A DNA stretch of 64,000 bases from Malacoraja senta. Taxonomy: Eukaryota. The DNA is taken from contig CM075998.1 of NCBI GenBank assembly GCA_038087875.1, positions 2,294,001 to 2,358,000 of the forward strand, in the 5' to 3' direction. The position numbers and the translations under genes were made by a program. Under the pieces are notes generated by a model. It was given only the letters and a program-made list of their open reading frames with translations. It made no database searches and had not been told where the DNA came from. Below, one piece after another: positions 1 to 11,800 of this stretch; position 1 is the stretch's first letter, and each line of letters opens with the position of its first letter.

Positions 1-2789
1 GGAAAAGCAGCCAGAAGGACCTGCAAACACCATGGAAACAAAGGAAATATTCAAGACTTGCCGAACCAGACCTTGTAAACATTGGTTCCTTTCCCCACCC
101 CCAGCTGAACACCCGAGCTGCCAAGTACAGGCCTCATCCACTACAGAAGACCACAGGGGCTGTGTCCACCATTCCTGAAGGCTGTGCTCAGTAGAAACTT
201 GGAACAAGGAAGCCACTGTAATCTGTATGCTACCGAAACTTGGATGGTGATACTGTATGCCTCCTTTATAATGTGCAGCATCGTTCTCACCGTTTCCAAG
301 TTTACTGGCACCTCATGGTGCTATTCTGATCAAGAATATCAGATTGTGGGGCCTAATTCTTCACATGCCCCGGGCAAATGTGATTTGTAGGCATATGTTC
401 AATTTACCACTCTAATCTCAGTAACCCAGAAAATGGTACCATTTGCAGCGGTAAAGAAATTGAGGGGGTGGCAGGTGTAAGTGAGGGAGGGTACAAAGAG
501 GAAGAGCTATTTTTTTGAGATTATTGGCAATTAGAAATATTAAGGTGAACGTCTTTGAGTACCATACTTATTTATGAGGTTTGATTGTTGGTCTGTGGTG
601 AGTGAACCAATCTTGGCTAGCATTGGGTGGAGGTGGGGCTGAGGCTGCATAACTAGCTTCTGTGCAGCTGACCAAAGAGGGCTTAAAAAAACAGCTCAAG
701 TTTTGGACTAGTTCCCCCGACATTAATTTGCTTTATCGTTGTCAAGTCCCCTATCATCAACATCCCAGGGTCGGTACTGACCAGAAACTCAACTGACAGA
801 CCACATGAATACTGTGGCTACAAGACGCGAGGTATCCTGCAGTAAGTGACTCTCTTTCTGACACCCCAAAGCCTTTCTACCGCCTAAAAAGCACAAGTAA
901 AGAGTGTGATGGTATACTTTCCAGTTGCATAGATGAGCACAGCTCCAACATGACCTGAAATTTGACCGGCACCTCATCCACTGCCCTAAACATTTATTCT
1001 CTCCACCACTGGCACGTCATGGCGCCAATGTGTACCATCTATAAGATGCCCTGTACTTCCTCACCGAGGCCACTTAGATAACACCTCCCAAATCTATATC
1101 CACTAAAATGAGCAAGGGGTTCAGACACATGGATACATCGTCACCTGCAGGTTTCCCTCCAAGTGGCACACCATTTGAACTTGAAAGGGAGCAATCCCCA
1201 GATTGTTAGTTTGTCCTGAAGAAATGTAACTCCACAGAATCACTATTTTCAGCATAAGAGGGGATGAAAATTGGAAATACACTACTTATTTATAATTTAG
1301 TCTCCAGAGACTTTAGCTTAATGCATAAGAAGTACAGAAGGCTGGTGATCTTTACTATTGAATATCAAATAGAAAATAAGCCATCACCTTTTATTAGCAG
1401 TCACTTCCTGTTCTGCCAGACATTGGCGTGAGTGGTGTAGGTGGAACAGTGTGACTCATCCACAGGGACTGTCGGTGCCACACTCTTGCTGCTTAGCAGG
1501 AAGTGAAGGTGCAGGCCTGAATTTGCTTGCTTAGTGGACCTTCCCAGAGAAAGTAATTTTCACATAACTGACCAAGTGCTTGGGCTGAAAGAGGAATTTG
1601 GATGTTGGTAAACAGCGCCTTCACAATTTTGGCACATTCTGCACTGCTTCACAGGGCTTTTCTTTGAAATGTGTTCCCTGGTACATTGTAGGAAGATAGA
1701 TTCCTCACTGGCAGCATTTTACTCTCCAATTAGCTCAACTTTATTGCATCTCTTAGCGGTGAAGCAGAAATAACAACTTTGTTATAGTGGAACAATGATG
1801 TAGGGGCCTGGAACAGGTGTCCAGAGGCCTGGATTAAACTTGCAGACAGAGAAGTTTGAAACCCACCACACCAGCTGAGCCACTGAAATCCAGAATTAAA
1901 AATCTGGAATTACAAAGCTGGTATCAGTAAAGGTGACCACAGAACTACTGAATTGTTATGAAAAATGTCATTGGTTAATTAATGCGATTTTTAGTCAGAG
2001 CCATACAGCACAGAAACCAGCCCTTCAGCCCACCATGTCCATGCTGCCCAAGACTTACACTGATCCCACTTACCCACATTAGATCTGTATCCCAATATTC
2101 CAAGGCAATTTAACTACTTGTCTAGATATTGCGAGAGTTTCTGCCTACACCATCTCCTCAGGCAGTGTGTTCCAGATTCCAACTGCCCTCCGTCTGAAAC
2201 AATTCCCTCTCAATTCTCCTTGCACCTTCTACATCTCCCACAAATCTTTACTCTCTTGTCTAGGATACCCGCAAGATAGGAAAAAAAATTACTATCTACT
2301 CTGCGTATCCCTTTCTTAATTTTGTATTTTATTTAGGGAAAGAAACCTAGATCATTCAACTTTAAGCCTGCTCTACCATTCAATATTTTCATGACTGATT
2401 TGATCCTGGTCTTGGCTTCATGCATGTTTGTTCCCCATAACCTTTGACTCCTCAGTGGGTCATAAATGTATTAAACTTGGCCTTGAATATACTTAATGAC
2501 TCAGCTTCCAAAGCTCTCTGGGCAATTAAGGATGGGCAATAAATGCTGGCCTAGCTACGCCCACATCCTGTGTCTGAATAAAGAAAACAATTGCACTGAA
2601 TTTTTATCAATCCTTCCTCATGTGTATTATCTGGACATTGAACTTCCAACAATCGCTGATACAAGTCCAGGTATTAGTGGAGATAGGCTTCATTTTATGC
2701 CTCTAGTTTTGGGCTCACAGTCCAAAGCAAAATTTTTTGTTGCCACTCAGCACATACTCCTTCCTCCTTCCTCTGAATACATTGCACAG

Positions 2790-3455
2790 GAAGACAAAAA
2801 ATGCTGGAGAAACTCAGCGGGTGAGGCAGCATCTATGGAGAGAAGGAATAGGCGACGTTTCGGGTCGAGACCCTTCTTCAGACTGATGTCGGGGGGCAGG
2901 AAAAAGAAAGGAAGAGGCAGAGAAAGTAGGCTTTGTGGGAGAGCTGGGAAGGGGGAGGGGAAGGAGGGGGAAAGCAAGGGCTATCTAAAATTAGAGAAGT
3001 CAATGTTCATACCGCTGGGGTGTAAACTACCCAAGCGAAATATGAGGTGCTGTTCCTCCAATTTGCACTGGGCCTCACTCTGGCAATGGAGGATGCCCAG
3101 GACAGGAAGGTCAGATTGGGAATGGGACGGGGAGTTGAAGTGCTGAGCAACCGGGAGATCAGGTTGGTTAGTACGAACTGAGTGGAGGTGTCGGGCGAAG
3201 CGATCGCCGAGCCTGCTCTTGGTCTCGCCGATGTAGAGAAGTTGACACCTGGAACAACGGATGCAGTAGATGAGGTTGGAGGAGGTGCAGGTGGACCTCT
3301 GCCTCACCTGGAAAGATTGATTGGGTCCTTGGATGGAGTCGAGGGAGGAGGTAAAGCGACAGGTGTAGCATTTTCTGCGGTTGCAGGGGAAAGTACCAGG
3401 GGAGGGGGTGGTTTGGGTAGGAAGGGACGAATTGACCAGGGAGTTACGGAGGGAT
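2790..3455 (-). mobile_element. Penelope-like retroelement 3' fragment (GIY-YIG endonuclease plus 3' tail)
   Basis: ORF 2981-3307 IYCIRC...LYIGETK...QHFN...[10 protein letters not shown]; near-direct flanks gcacaggaaga/gcgcaggaaga. Confidence 0.9.
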
Positions 3456-5101
3456 AGCGCAGGAAGAAACTATTTTGCCCAATGACTCTGCACTGCATGT
3501 CGGCAAGTCAGTCTCATTCTCCAACTCTTTCCCTCGTAATATTCTGTTCTCCCTTAAGTATCTATCCAGTTTCATTTTGGAAGGTAATCTGCTTCAACTG
3601 CCCTTTCAAGTAATGATATCCAACTGATACTCAACCCTTCTGCCAAATGGCAACTTTTTATTTTCTCCACTCTGTCTTGACCCTTCATAATTTTGACTTT
3701 TCCTCTGCACCCGTGCCCCATAATTGACACAAATCCCTTCTCTCGGAGCAGCTACTTGGCATGACAATTTTGCTTTGAACAGCTTTCAAAAATTGAGGTA
3801 ATTCCTGCACACTTCCAATATTCAGATTCAGCTCAAAAGTTTTAATGGTTTCTGAAACATGTTGATCAAAAGGATTCCATGCTGCATCCTGTCTGCTCTG
3901 CGAGTTACTCCGATATTTAATTGCCTCTAATTCTCTTCAGGGAATTTGCAAAAAAAGCCAAGGCACTCGGGCTGTCAGTATTTGGTCTTTTGCATGTATG
4001 TATGGAGACACGATTCATAGCCCAACACATAGTTTGATTGTTTCTTTATAGGAATAAGAGGTGCTTCGTGCCAAGAGGCAGGTTCATTCTAGTTGCTGAT
4101 TTTTCAGGTAGATTTGTGCAGTGGTTCAGTGGCTCCCTGACAGCCTTTTAATTGAAGTATTTCCTACTTTTCCTCCACCCCTATGATCAATGTTTCAAAG
4201 CAGATGAAGTGCTTTGGAAACCACTGGCTGTCATCCATCTAAGAAAACTATCCCAAGCCCACCACACTGCTGGACACGGCTGTAGAAATTGGGCAAAGGA
4301 CTAGCATGGCTTGGTGTCTGGAGGGGGGGGGGGGGGGTGGGGGGGGGTGGGGTGGGGGGGGGTGTGCTGGGCCTGCTATCTCCTGTTTCTGTTTTTCAGT
4401 AACCACTATTGGGACATGTGTGCATGTTGGCCAATTTTCTTCAGTCTTTATCTTGATTGGCATGGGTTTCAGCCAACATAAAAACAGAATTCTGGAAATG
4501 CTCAGCAGTCAGGCTGCAGATGTAGAGTGAGAAACAGAGTTAACATTTCAGATTGATGACCCTTGATCAGAACTGGAGAAGTGAGAAAACAACTGTGTTA
4601 TAAAAGTTCCAAAGAGGGGCAGGTAGGAGAGGACAGTGGGGATGTGTGATTGAGTGGGGATTAAGGCTGTGTGGGTGACACAAATGTCGCTGATGCTGTC
4701 CAAGGGAAGGGTAATGAATGCTTGTTAATCACAGCTAATCTTTATAGAGGAGAGTGAATAAATGGAGGAGGGAAAGCAGCAGAGAGAGGAGAAAAAACAC
4801 ACAGGAAATGAGAGATTCAGAATACAGTTGAAAATGTGATATTTAAAAATAATGCTGGAAATACTCAACATGTTAGGCAACATTGTGGTGAGGGTTTCAG
4901 CCATGGCTTGGTGGGTTGTGCATGCTTATCTCTGATTTAGAACATTGTGGGTTCAAAACCTGAGAAAACCTATCTGGTCCACTGCAACTCTCACCTTAGG
5001 ATCACCCTACATCCTGGATTTCCAGCTAGTCACAACTTGGGGCATTTTGATTGATGTTTACAGTATTTTCAAGCAGACTGTAGAGTGGTACTATTTCTTC
5101 T

Positions 5102-5262
5102 GAAGATAGACACAAAAAGCTGGAGTAACTCAGCAGGACAGGCAGCATCTCTGGAGAGAAGGAATGGGTGACGTTTCGGGTCGAGACCCTTCTTCAGACT
5201 AGTTAGTGATAAGGGAAACGAAAGATATAGGCAATGATGTAGAGACATAAAGAACAATGAAT
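5102..5262 (-). mobile_element. short Penelope-like 3'-end copy with hammerhead-like core
   Basis: Same ~100-bp tail as the longer copies. Confidence 0.8.
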
Positions 5263-5683
5263 GCGTAGAGTCAGTGAGCAGGAGGAATCTCCACTACGAA
5301 ATCTCCTTAAGGTGTGTCTACTTTGAAGAAGCTCTCCTCCTCTCTCCGACGAGAGTTCTGCAACATCCTCTCTTGCTGCTCTCCGGGGTGGAGAGGACAG
5401 AAATTGGAGAATTCTCTAACCCAAACAGCAATTGATGGTTGTCCAGTTGAAGTGAAATCTGTAGTCATTGGGTTTTTGTTACCCAAAGAGATTGAAAGGG
5501 AGGGATTGCCTGCGTTTTCACTGAATGGTAGAACAGACTTGAGCCTATTGTTCCTAAATCCCTGGTGAATCAGCGGTGGACTTATTCCAATACCTGTGTA
5601 TCCTTTTAAAGATGAAACTCCCAGAACAGAACACAGTGTTCCTAATGAATTCTAACTAGCACTCGGTAAAACAGCCCCAGAAC

Positions 5684-7860
5684 GAAGGTACACAAAAATG
5701 CTGGAGAAACTCAGCGGGTGCAGCAGCATCTATGGAGCGAAGGAAACAGGCAACGTTTCGGGCCGAAACCCTTCTTCAGACTGATAGGGGGTGGGGAGAA
5801 GAAAGGAAAAAAGGCCGAGGAGGAGCCCGAGGGCTGGGGGAGGGGAGGAGACAACCAGAGGGCTGATGAAGGGGAGGGGACAGCAAGGGCTAGCAGAATT
5901 GGGAGAATTCAATGTTCAAGCCCCCAGGATGTAGACTGCCCAAGCGGAATATGAGGTGCATTTCCTCCAATTTCCGGTGTTGCTCGCTGTGGCCATGGAG
6001 GAGACCCAGGACAGAGAGGTCAGATACGGAATGGGAGGGGGAGTTGAAGTGCTGAGCCACCGGGAGGTCAGGTTGGTTATTGCGGACCGACCGGAGGTGT
6101 TCGGCGAAACGATCGCCAAGCCTCCGCTTGGTCTCACCGATGTAGATCAGCTGGCATCTAGAGCAGCGGATGCAATAGATGAGGTTGGAGGAGATGCAGG
6201 TGAACCTCTGTCGCACCTGGAACGACTGCTTAAGTCCTTGAATGGAGTCGAGGGGGGAGGTGAAGGGACAAGTGTTGCATCTCTTGCGGTTGCAAGGGAA
6301 AGTACCCGGGGAGGGGGTGGTACGGGAGGGAAGGGAAGAATTGACAAGGGAGTTACGGAGGGAGTGGTCTTTGCGGAAGGCAGACATGGGGGGAGATGGG
6401 AAGATGTGGCGAGTGGTGGGGTCACGTTGGAGGTGGCGAAACTGACGGAGGATCACTTGTTGTATGTGACGGCTGGTGGGGTGAAAGGTGAGGACTAGGG
6501 GGACTCTGCCCTTGTTGTGAGTGGGGGGATGGGGAGAGAGAGCAGTGTTGCGGGGTATGGCAGAGACCCTGGTGCGAGCCTCATCTATGGTGGAGGAGGG
6601 GAACCCCCGTTCCCTGAAAAATAGGACATTTCGGATGCCCTGGTGTGGAACGCCTCATCCTGGGAGCAGATGCGGCGTAGACGGAGGAATTGGGAGTGGG
6701 GGATGGAGTCCTTACAGGAAGCAGGGTGGGAAGAAGTGTAGTCCAGATAGCCATGGGAGTCGGTAGGTTTGTGGTGGATGTCGGTAAGAAGTCTTTCACC
6801 TGCGATGGAGATAGTGAGGTCAAGGAATGGTAGGGAAGTGTCGGAAATGGTCCAGGTGTATTTGAGTGCCGGATGGAAGTTGGTGGTGAAGCGGATGAAG
6901 TCAGTCAGTTGTGTGTGGGTGCAGGATGTGGCACCAAAACAGTCATCGATGTAGCGGAGGTAGAGGTCGGGGTTCGGGCCCTGGTACGCATTGAACAAGG
7001 ATTGTTCTACGTAACCGACAAAGAGGCAGGCGTAGCTGGGGCCCATGGGTGTGCACATAGCTACGCCTTGTATTTGGAGGAAATAGGAGGAGTCAAATGA
7101 GAAGTTATTGAGGGTAAGGACCAGCTCCGCTAGGCAGAGGAGGGTGTCAGTGGCTGGGTATAGGTTGCTTCTACGGTCAAGGAAAAAACGGAGGGCTTCG
7201 AGACCATCCTGGTGGGGGATGGAGGTGTACAATGACTGGACGTCCATGGGGAAGATGAGGGGGTGAGGGCCTAGAGAGTGGAATGCGCGGAGACGACGGA
7301 GAGTGTCTGAGGTGTCTTGAACATAGGTAGGGAGGGATTTAACCAAGGGGGATAGGATGGAGTCGAGGTAGGTGGAGATGAGTTCGGTGGGGAACGAACA
7401 GGCAGAGACAATGAGTGGAGAAGTTGAGGCGGTTGATGTCACGGCGGCAGTTTTTGATGAAGAGTTCTAAAGCCGGAAGGCTACGAGGGGGGTTCCACGA
7501 GGAGGGGGTGCGTTGGAGACGGGAAAAGGGGTCATCAGTGGGGGGCGAGGACTCCTTCCCATGGAAGTGAGCTGTGAGGCGGAGGCGACGGTAGAAGCGT
7601 TCCAAGTCATGGAGGGCGCGGAACTCATTGAGGTGGGGACGGAGGGGGACAAAGGTAAGACCTCTGCTGAGGACAGACCGTTCGATGTCGGAGAGGGGGA
7701 GGTCGGGGGGGATGGTGAACACCCGGCAGGGATGGGGGTTGGGGCCGGAGGAAGGCAGGTGGGTGGAATGGGGACGAGGTGATGTGTGGTGGGTGGGTGG
7801 TCAGGGGGTGGGGGGGTGAGAGGGCTGTAGTGTAGGTGGGGAAGAGAAGGGGTCCCATAA
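5684..7860 (-). mobile_element. Penelope-like (Neptune-type) retroelement with RT, Cys linker and GIY-YIG; frameshifted and internally deleted
   Basis: RT motifs MDVQSLYT, QGVAM..MGPSYA and YLRYIDD (6585-7442); [10 protein letters not shown] linker and GIY-YIG (5890-6456); N-terminal piece 7339-7722. Confidence 0.92.
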
Positions 7861-8683
7861 TTGGAGAAGGATGGGGAAGAATCAATGGAACTAACACTGA
7901 GGTAACCAGGGCTACCCTGATTGTATACAACATTTGTAATTAATCCTATTGGTCATGTTGAGCGATGGCAGAGGGTGGTAAGAGGAAAGTAGACTTGCCT
8001 TTTGCTATCTACAACCCATTCCAGGTAATCACATCTGGGACAGTATGGCCAAGCTTGAATATTTTGGTTTTAATTTTCCTTCGGTTTGGGGGCTTTCGTT
8101 GGTTTTCATTGTTGTTGGTCAAAATTACATATTGGGAAAACTTCAGTCAAGGGATGTATTAGATTTTGGTTCCAATACATTGGTCATCGGAACCACAGAT
8201 ACATATTCCAAGATAAATTATTATTTTTTAATTTAGCACCTTTTAGCAGGTCACCAGTGCATCCCACAACCAAGTAAGATTGTGTGATATTCCATGGGCT
8301 TATTTTAAAAGACATTTTTGGTGCTCTTATAAAGCAGAGTGAATGATATGTAGTTTCTGCTTTTTTTTTTAAATGTTCATTGCAGCATGGCGTTTTATTG
8401 GTGCAAAAAAATGAATAAAACAATTTTTCCATGGTGGCTTTTGGAATGTTTTTATTTTTGTATTTTTTGCTGTTAATTTTATACCATTCACAGTGAACAG
8501 TTTTGTATAACCGGTTCAGAACATCTGGTGCCTTTAGGCAGCATTAAGATGGGCGAGAGAGGAGGAAAAATAAGCAATGGGGGGCTCTATTTTTTTTTTA
8601 AATGGCCATACCGAGCAGCTTATTAACTGATGAGCGAGCTGAAATTCCTCTTTGCTAAAGAAATTTGTTTATGTTTTGTCCAG

Positions 8684-8835
8684 TGTGTGCAGGCACGGAA
8701 AACAAGCTGAGTTCACTCTCTGGCCAAGAACAGCAGTACCAGCAGCTGCTGAAGATGTACACCGACTGTGAGATAGTGATGGGCAACTTGGAGATCACTA
8801 ACATTTTTGCCAATCGAAACCTCACCTTCCTCAAG
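8684..8835 (+). CDS. ERBB3: exon 2 ([51 protein letters not shown]), L1 domain
   Basis: ccag|TG ... AAG|gtaag, 152 nt. Confidence 0.95.
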
Positions 8836-11800
8836 GTAAGGACAAAGAGTAAAAAGGTAGCTCACTTGGTACTTCATCTCGGTTTGCGCTCTTTCAAAGA
8901 TCCAGCTGTCACGGTCTTAACTTGCAACATCTCACTCTACAATACCTCCATTTTAAGTTCTTTATCATTGCTGTCATTGCTTGTCCTTTTCCAATAATCT
9001 TTTCCAAGCCCTGCAATGCTACGAGATTTCTGTCAGCTCTTTAGTTCTGGCCTTTTGCTTGTCCCTCCACCATTGGTGGGCCATATCTTCAGACACCAAA
9101 GTCTTAACCTCTGGGATTCTCTGCATAAAATCCATCTCCCTCTTTCTTTAAAATGATGCTTAAAAATAATCTCAGTGGCAAAGATTTTGACTATCTGCCC
9201 TAAACTCCTGGTGTCAAAATGCTATCAATAATGCTCTTGTGAATCTCCTTGAGATACTATGGTTCATTAAAGGTGCCACATAAATGCAAGATGTTGTTGT
9301 TTATGAGTTTAGAAACGGCATCTCCTAAAATATGCGCTGGCCACATGCTGCTTTGCATGTGGAGGCAGTTTTTGATGTATTTTCCCACTTCTGCAGCTGA
9401 TTTCAGACAATGTGGAGAGATCTTTTCTTTTGGAGGGCCTAATACCAGTTTTCCTGCCATTGTGGGTGGTCGCAATGGTCTGTGAGACAAGGGGCGAGGT
9501 GAAGGAGTCGGTGGCAGTAATGGAGCAGGATGCAAGGGTGGATACAACAGAGTAGTGTGAGCAGAGTGAAATAGTGGCAAGTGGCTAGGATAGGTCTTAT
9601 TGAACAACATTGCAGCCACCTTCTAAGAGTTTAACTGCTGCCATTAATCTCCATAGCAACCTGATGACAGCAGGATTGCTTTAAAGTTTTTCTCATCCCG
9701 GGGAAGAGCATCCGCTAACCGGTGCTCTCAAGTGGTGCATTTCTATTGCAAAACTAAATATTTTTATAGATGTGTGCAAAGAGAGAAATTGTAATAGTTG
9801 TGTGTAAAGGAAGTTTAGTCGCCTTTCCCCACTAGCAGATGTAGTTAGAAGTCAGGAAGGCAAACAGTATGTCAGCTTTACAACAGGACAATTTGAGTGC
9901 AAGTGTAGTGATGTGTTGCTCCAATTACACAGATGCAAGGCTGTATCTAGAATATTGTGTGCAGGTTTGGTCTCCTTAGCTAAGGAATGCTTCTATTTAT
10001 GATAGAGCGAGTGCTGTGAAAGTTCACCAGATCAATTCCTGGGATGGCATCATTTGTCATCATGATTGGTGCCAATATGGTGGGCCAAAGGGCCTGTTCC
10101 TGTGTTTTACTATGTTCTCTATATGTTCCATGATGTTTCCCCTGACTGGGGCGGCTAGAACCAGAGGTCACAGTCTCAAAGTGAGAAGAGAAGATATTTC
10201 TTCACCCAAAGGCTAGTACATTTTTGGAATACTTTACCCAAATTGGCTGTAGATGCTCACTCACTGCGATGCTTGCAGACAGATATTGGTAGGTTTTTAG
10301 ATATTAAGGAAACCAATTATCATTTTTGAATGGTGGAGTAGAATTGTGGAATATGGAGTTAGTGCAATAAAATAGTGCTGAGTTAAAGATCAGCAGTGAT
10401 CTTACTCAATGATTCAGTAGCACTGTTTTTTGCAGGGGGTTCCCTGCAGCACATACTCCTGGACCTGTAGGTTAGTCCCAATGCCAGTACATATTGCCAA
10501 ACTTTAATTTCAACGTATGTTAGCACACCAAAGATGCAATGAGTTAACCTCATCCTGAGCGTGCTTTTGTGATACTTTATTCATAAAATAAATTGTAAGC
10601 ATGTAATACAGAACATTCAAGTTGACATTTTCTTCACAAGTCATGTTATTCCCATCATTTAACATCAGCACACCATCAGTTATCAATCGCTCGAAACCTT
10701 AAAACAAGTATGGGGTTTTAGCACAGATTTCAACTAATTACCATGTGAAGGCAGGGGGATTTAAACTGTGATTTTTCCCCATGGGGCCCTTGCAGTGGTG
10801 CTCCAGCTTCAACACATCCCTCAGGATGTCGTCCTGTACCTCTGAGCATGACAGTTTGCAGCACTGTGTTGCAGATAACTCTGGATTACTGGTGGCTTTT
10901 GGGTAGATCAACAGGTGTATTTTAACTGTGTTGATGGTTTGCCAGCAGCAGTTAATATTTGTCACAGGTCGTTTCTCTGGGAACATCCCGTACAGTCATG
11001 CAGCTCGTTCAAGATGAACATTGACTCCTGTATCTCATTCCCTGACCTTCTTTAAGGAGATGGGCATCATCTTATTTTCCAGTGCAACCAGCAAGAAGGC
11101 AACATGCATTGTCAATCATGCATGAAAGGAGTGACAATGAGGCCCTTTCTCAAGACCAACCAAAGCAAGGACCTTCTTCCTTTTGTGAACGTTTTGGCAA
11201 TGAATGAGGCAAATGTCCAGATGACTTTGACAGGGTGCTCGGGGAACCATCCCACTGGATCTACAGCGTCACTCTCCCACAGGGATCTGGTGGCATTTCG
11301 TGCAGAGCACAAACCTGACTGATTTATGATCGAACATGATTTATAATCGAACATGATTTATGTCCATCAGTCTGAAGAAGGGTCTCGACCCGAAACGTCA
11401 CCCATTCCTTCTCTCCAGAGACGCTGCCTGTCCCGCTGAGTTACTCCAGCTTTTTGTGTTTCTATCTATGATTTATGATCGACTTTGCCTACCTCCAGCT
11501 GGCATCAATCGAAGACTGATTTAGGATGCCCTCACTGAACCTCCGCAGCGCGAGTGACGACCCGCCTTTAAGAGCTGGCGTCGACCTTTACTTGGCCGCG
11601 GTTTAAACGCGTCCGTCCGTGGCGGAGCGGACAGTCCGGGTTGTTCTCGTGCATGTGGCGCCAACGCGAGGGCCCGCGCTCGTGGCGCGAGCGCCCGCTT
11701 GCACCGCCGGCCTCTCGTCGCCCTCCCGCCTTGGCAGCGCTCTGCGTTGACGCCTCTCCAAGTTCCAATGGATATATTTTTCTTTCTCTGAGCTGCCGAC

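Noticed and set aside
2496-3146. 216-aa + strand ORF
   Set aside because: Runs antisense through a Penelope fragment and other repeats; no protein-like features
4320-4362. G-run (G-quadruplex potential)
   Set aside because: Simple homopolymer tract with no functional context
1-8683. Search for ERBB3 exon 1 (ATG plus signal peptide, phase-1 donor)
   Set aside because: No convincing hydrophobic leader or CpG promoter seen; probably upstream of the window
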